64,000 bases of DNA from the human T2T-CHM13v2.0 reference genome, Homo sapiens: NCBI RefSeq assembly GCF_009914755.1, contig NC_060932.1; one strand, 5' to 3'. Within the stretch, counting starts at the first letter, position 1; each line of letters opens with the position of its first letter. The notes beneath the pieces were generated by a model. It was not told the origin of the DNA. It saw only the letters and a list, made by a program, of their open reading frames with translations, and did not search any database. Of this stretch, positions 59,517 through 64,000 are shown piece after piece. Made by a program: the position numbers and the translations under genes.

Positions 59517-60535
59517 TTAAGCAAATGTGAAATGTACTATTTTAAAAAGTCAGGCTTAATGGGCTGGAAAATTTTTCATTTTATGATATTTTTATTGGAT
59601 CTTCCACAATATTGATAGAGTACTTAAAATTGCAACATTTTTTCAAGAGGGGATTCCCAAGATTAGATTTTTTACTAACTAGTTATAATTTCAACTAAGG
59701 TCTGTCCTAACCAACTCTCAGATACGTGGCTGGGGGCTCCACCTTCCTCCTGGTGGGCAGAGTCCATCTGTGGACACATCTGCCCAGATGTCCTGCTGGT
59801 GTCACAGGAAGGCTACAGGAGGGAATGACTGGTTGCCCATCAAGATGCACAATTTACAGTGAAAAATTGTAGGGGAAATATTCTTGATTGAAAAGGGGAT
59901 TTCTTGTGTTTATCTACTTTGGCTAAACCTTCTCTTGGCTCAGCCTTGGATTTGTTGGATGTTGTGTGGTGTTTCTAAGGCAAACTGGCTGATGAATTCT
60001 CTCTCTGAACTGATCATGATGGGAAAGTATGTCCTTGCATTCATCCAGCACACTGAGCTTTATTTGCACTGGACAAGATCTAAAATGGGTTATTCCCCAA
60101 AGTATTCCAATAACAGATACAACTCAGAGGAAGCTCCTTACCCGAGAGGCCGGCAGCTGGGTGAGGGAAGCAGGGCTTTGGAGCCAGGTCAGACCCCAGT
60201 TTTGTCGCCTGTGAGCTGTTGCCTCAGCTGTAACCCAACATCCCCACACCACAGTTTCCCCACTGGCAAACAAGCAAAGCAACAGTGCTCATCAATTAGT
60301 GCTATTTGAGGTTTCAATTAGATAAAGTGTGCAAAGCACTTGGAAGAGCACTTGGCTTCCTTCTAGGATTGTGCACAGAGTTCTCCAAGCTCTTCGTGCG
60401 CTGTCTCTGCAAGGAATCTGCTTGTTTGCAATGGTTAGAATACTAGAAGGACTCTCATACCACTCTCACGACAGACAGCCAAGCAGGTGGAGCAGAAGAA
60501 AGGACTCTGGAGGACAAGGAGGTCAAAGGCTCTCG

Positions 60536-61065
60536 ATTGGTTTCCTGTAGCTTAACAAATTACCGTGAACTGGGTGGCTTGACCCAACAGAAATTCATTT
60601 TCTTACCCATGCAGAGGCTGGCAGGGTCAGGTCCCTCTGGGCTTTCCAGGTGAAAGAGTCTGTTCCTTGCCTCTTCAGCTTCTGGTGGCTGCCGGCCTTC
60701 CTGGGCTTGTGGCCACATCACTCCAACCTCTGCCTCCCTGGCCATGCAGCCTCCTCTGTGTTTCTATATCACTGGGACAGAGACGATTGCATTTAGGGCC
60801 ACCCACATAGTCCAGGGTAAATTCCTCCTCTGAAGATCTTTAATCACTTTTTTTTTCCATATAAGATCCTGTTTACTTCTCTGCATGTATCTCTGTGTCC
60901 ACTCCTCTTTTTCTAAGGACACCAGTCATTGGATTTAGGGCCCAGCTTAAATGCAGTATGATTTCATCTTAATTAATCACATCTTCAAAGAGCCTGTCTC
61001 CAAATCAGGTTGCATTCTGAAGTTCCAAGTGGACAGGAATTTAGGGGACACTATCACCCCACTAC
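60536..61065 (-). mobile_element. MLT1 MaLR LTR (possibly two pieces)
   Basis: aacaaattacc...ctgggtggctt...ccttgcctcttcagcttctggtggctgcc...aaggacaccagtcattggatttagggccc...actaca. Confidence 0.8.
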
Positions 61066-61479
61066 AGTTTCCATTTGTGGGTGGTAGTGCTCAGTGAATT
61101 TTTAACTAAATGCTTGCTTTCTCAATCGCTCTCTCCTTGGATGAGCAGGGAGTGTGCCTTATTCCCAGGACTTAGCAGTTACGCACTAGGCCTCTAGAGA
61201 TATCTGACAAATGGATGCATTTAATTACTGAATTGTCCACATTTTCCTGTATTAACTTGGAAACTCTGTTGCATATTTACTTAGAAATGAAAGGCAACCA
61301 ATTTATTTTATTTTTATTATTTATTTATATTTATTATTTTATTTTATTATTAGTTTTTTACTGCGTTCCTCTTAAAATAGGAATTAGTTCTGAATTGCAG
61401 GTCAGTTCTATTAGTAATGCTCTTCGTGGATACAAATACTTTGTCTTCCATTTGGAACTCCAAAGCCCAGCATCCCACA

Positions 61480-62035
61480 AGGACGGACACTCACTACAGC
61501 CCGGTGCCTGCGGAGTATTCCGAACGCGAGATCCAAGGAAACCACGAAGGCTCCTCTGCGGGCTCCCTTGCCCCTCTGCGGTTCAGTCGGGAGACGCTCA
61601 GGCGCTGACAACAGCCTCCAGGTGCCGTTCCCTGCGCATGGCCCCATCTTTGCGGGCAGTGTCCAGTGGGCTTGTGCTCACACCTGCGCTGGGGGCTCCA
61701 CACTAGACGGCCCTGGACTACTGAAATAGTGGACAGAAGGGTCTCCCGAGAATGTCCAGGGTGGGCAGGCAGTGCTGGGGAGCCAGCGGGAAGGGAAGGG
61801 AGCCTGAGGCGGAGAAACGCCCACGCGGGAGCTGCTAGTGCAGCCGCAAGAGCAAGGCCTGGGCTGCAGTAGGGGGGCTGGGCAGTGGCCCGCAGTGTGC
61901 AGCAGGCCCTGGAGACCAGGCCAAGGGAAGCCTTGGAGTGAACCTGGTCGCAGGTGCGCAGGTCAAGGCTGCGTTAGAAACCTTCCCCAGCAGCCCTGCT
62001 CATCTTGCTGCAGCCTCAGCCTCTGCCCCCGGCTC
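61480..62035. promoter_or_regulatory. Weak CpG-island-like element
   Basis: GC-rich, non-repeat; roughly 29 CpGs in ~560 bp counted by eye; NRF1-like tgcgcatg at ~61633. Confidence 0.4.
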
Positions 62036-62061
62036 ACCTGCCCCACTCAGTGCTGAGTTGC

Positions 62062-62428
62062 TGTATTAGTCTCTTCTCCCACTGCTGATAAAGACATAGT
62101 TGAGACTGCGTAATTTATAAAGGAAAGAGGTTTAATGGGCTCACAGTTCCACATGGCTGGGGAGGCCTCACAATCATGGCAGAAGGCAAGGAGGGGCAAG
62201 GGCAGGTCTTACATGGCGGCAGGCAAGAGAGCATGTGCAGGAAAACTGCCCTTTATAAAACCATTAGATCTCATGAGACTTAGTCACTATCAGGAGAACA
62301 GCACAGGAAAGACCCGCCCCATGATTCAATTACGTCCCATCAGGTCCCTCCCAGGACAGCTGGGGATTATGGGAGCTACATCTTGAATTCAAGATGAGAT
62401 TTGGGTGGGGACACAGCAAACCCTATCA
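62062..62428 (-). mobile_element. THE1B/C MaLR solo LTR with perfect 5-bp TSD
   Basis: tgtattagtc...tatca; TSD gttgc at 62057-62061 and 62429-62433. Confidence 0.92.
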
Positions 62429-63091
62429 GTTGCTTTGTCATGCTTGCTTTGAGGACAGCTTTTATCTGACTGGTGGTCATCCCTTCAGATCTCAGAATTG
62501 ATGTCACTCTGTCACCTGCTCTGTGACCTCACCTGAGGCCCCCAGAAGAGGGGACTCCCAAGGCCTGTGCTCTCCTGATCAGTGGCTGCTGAATTGTCTG
62601 GGTCAACCAGGCAGGAAGCACAGAGGCACTGAAAGCCTCTTACTTGTTCAAAACATGTTTCCTGAACAAAGGAACAAATGTGGTTGGAAGACTCGGGGCT
62701 CTGCCAGGGCTCAGCCTGGGGAGAGTGCTCTAAGAGCCTCATGAGGTAAAGGTTTATGCTGGTGATCAGCCTTACACATCTAAGGATTTGGGGGGCCCAG
62801 TGGGAAGTGGGGGTCAGAGCAGGCATCAGAACACCTCCAGGCTGAGGGGCTGGCACCACAAAGTCCAGTGCCAAAGCGGGGCTGCAGCCTGGAGCTCCGG
62901 GGATGTCCACATTGTGCCCATGCAGGCTGCCTCCTGGGTCCCCAAGCAGGCTCTGTGGTGGGCTCAGGCCCTGTTCAGTGGGATCACAGGTCAAGACTGG
63001 CAGCCGGACTGGAGAGGGGAAAGACTGCCTAGAGCTCACCCAACACTTGCATCTGATCTTCACCACATCATCTGATCTGGAGAAAACCGTC

Positions 63092-63527
63092 TGTGAGTCG
63101 GGCTTCTCCAGAGAAACAGAACCAAGAGAATGAAGAGAGAGAAGATTTATTATGAGAACTGACTCACAATTATAGAGGCTGAGAAGTCCTGCCATGTGCT
63201 GTCTGCAAACTGGGCACCTAAGAAAGTCGGTAGTATAATTCAGTGCAAGACCAAAGCTGTGAGAACCGGGAGCTCTGATGGGCAGGAGAGGATGGATGTC
63301 CCAGTCAAACAAGAGGGCAAATTCTCCCTTTCCCTGCCTTGTTGTTGTGTTCAGGAACTCAGCAGATTGGAGATGCTCACCCACAATGGTGAGCCTTCTT
63401 CACTTAGTCTAGTAACTGAAATGCTTCATCTCTTCCAGAAATTCCTCCCAGATTGCCCAGAAATAATGTTTACCTGCTCTCTGGGCATCCCTTAGCCTAG
63501 TCAAGTTGACATAAAATCAGCCATCAC
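63092..63527 (-). mobile_element. MLT2 (ERVL) solo LTR
   Basis: ttctccagagaaacagaacc...gaggctgagaagtcc...tcaagttgacataaaatcagccatcaca. Confidence 0.85.
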
Positions 63528-63939
63528 AGACAATGATGGCTGCTCAACCTCTGCTTCCCAAATCTCTCAGAAGTTCCTCTTTTGGCTAACTCTAAACTGG
63601 AACACACAGGAGAGGGAATTCTGGAAAATGTAGTTCCCACCTTGACATAACGCACTCCACCATGCCAGGCATCAGTAAAAAACTCAGGATCAAAGTCATT
63701 GCAGAAGGTATCCTTATGACAATACTAAAATAATGGTAACAATAACAGCTGCAATAGCTGAAACATACACAGCAATTCTGAAGTGGGACATGCTCTTTCT
63801 CAGAGATTAACACATACTAATTAACATGAAGCCCAACTTTTTAGTCACATTTAAATGCAGAAGATTTTGTAGCTTTTTATGGTATTTTTCTTGTAACTTT
63901 ATTTCTTTTGGCATACCAAAATCTAGGACAGCTTTAAGA

Positions 63940-64000
63940 AAATAATAGCCTTATTGAGATTTAATTCATTTATCATAAAATTCATCCATTCAAAATATAC
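63940..64000 (-). mobile_element. Start of an antisense L1M 3' end, running off the right edge
   Basis: gccttattgagatttaattcatttatcataaaattcatccattcaaaatatac. Confidence 0.6.

Noticed and set aside
62512-63384. 290-aa minus-strand ORF, the longest non-L1 ORF
   Set aside because: Begins inside the MLT2 LTR and has no recognisable domain; consistent with a chance ORF in GC-rich DNA.

Overview
Human genomic DNA: an AluYb8/Yb9 copy, a human-specific subfamily, sits at 19111-19260. I recognise no cellular protein-coding gene. The only real protein homologies in the ORF track are the disabled ORF1 and ORF2 of one full-length LINE-1. Much of the window is transposon-derived (L1, Alu, L2/MIR, MaLR/ERV LTRs, MER DNA transposons), separated by repeat-poor stretches that may be regulatory or intronic to a lncRNA. 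The most structured part is 35850-48893, an ancient minus-strand ERV1 provirus with two homologous LTRs, a tRNA-His primer-binding site, a polypurine tract and a 4-bp TSD. Its 3' LTR appears split by a ~1.15-kb internal inversion, and it carries a stack of later insertions. These include an L1PA copy with a 3' transduction, and a polyadenylated 28S rRNA 3'-end fragment joined to a full-length L1PA3/4 inside one 16-bp TSD. I found no evidence of a new multi-gene system; the unusual items are retrotransposition and rearrangement events. Subfamily names come from recalled consensus sequences, and the boundaries of old repeats are approximate.
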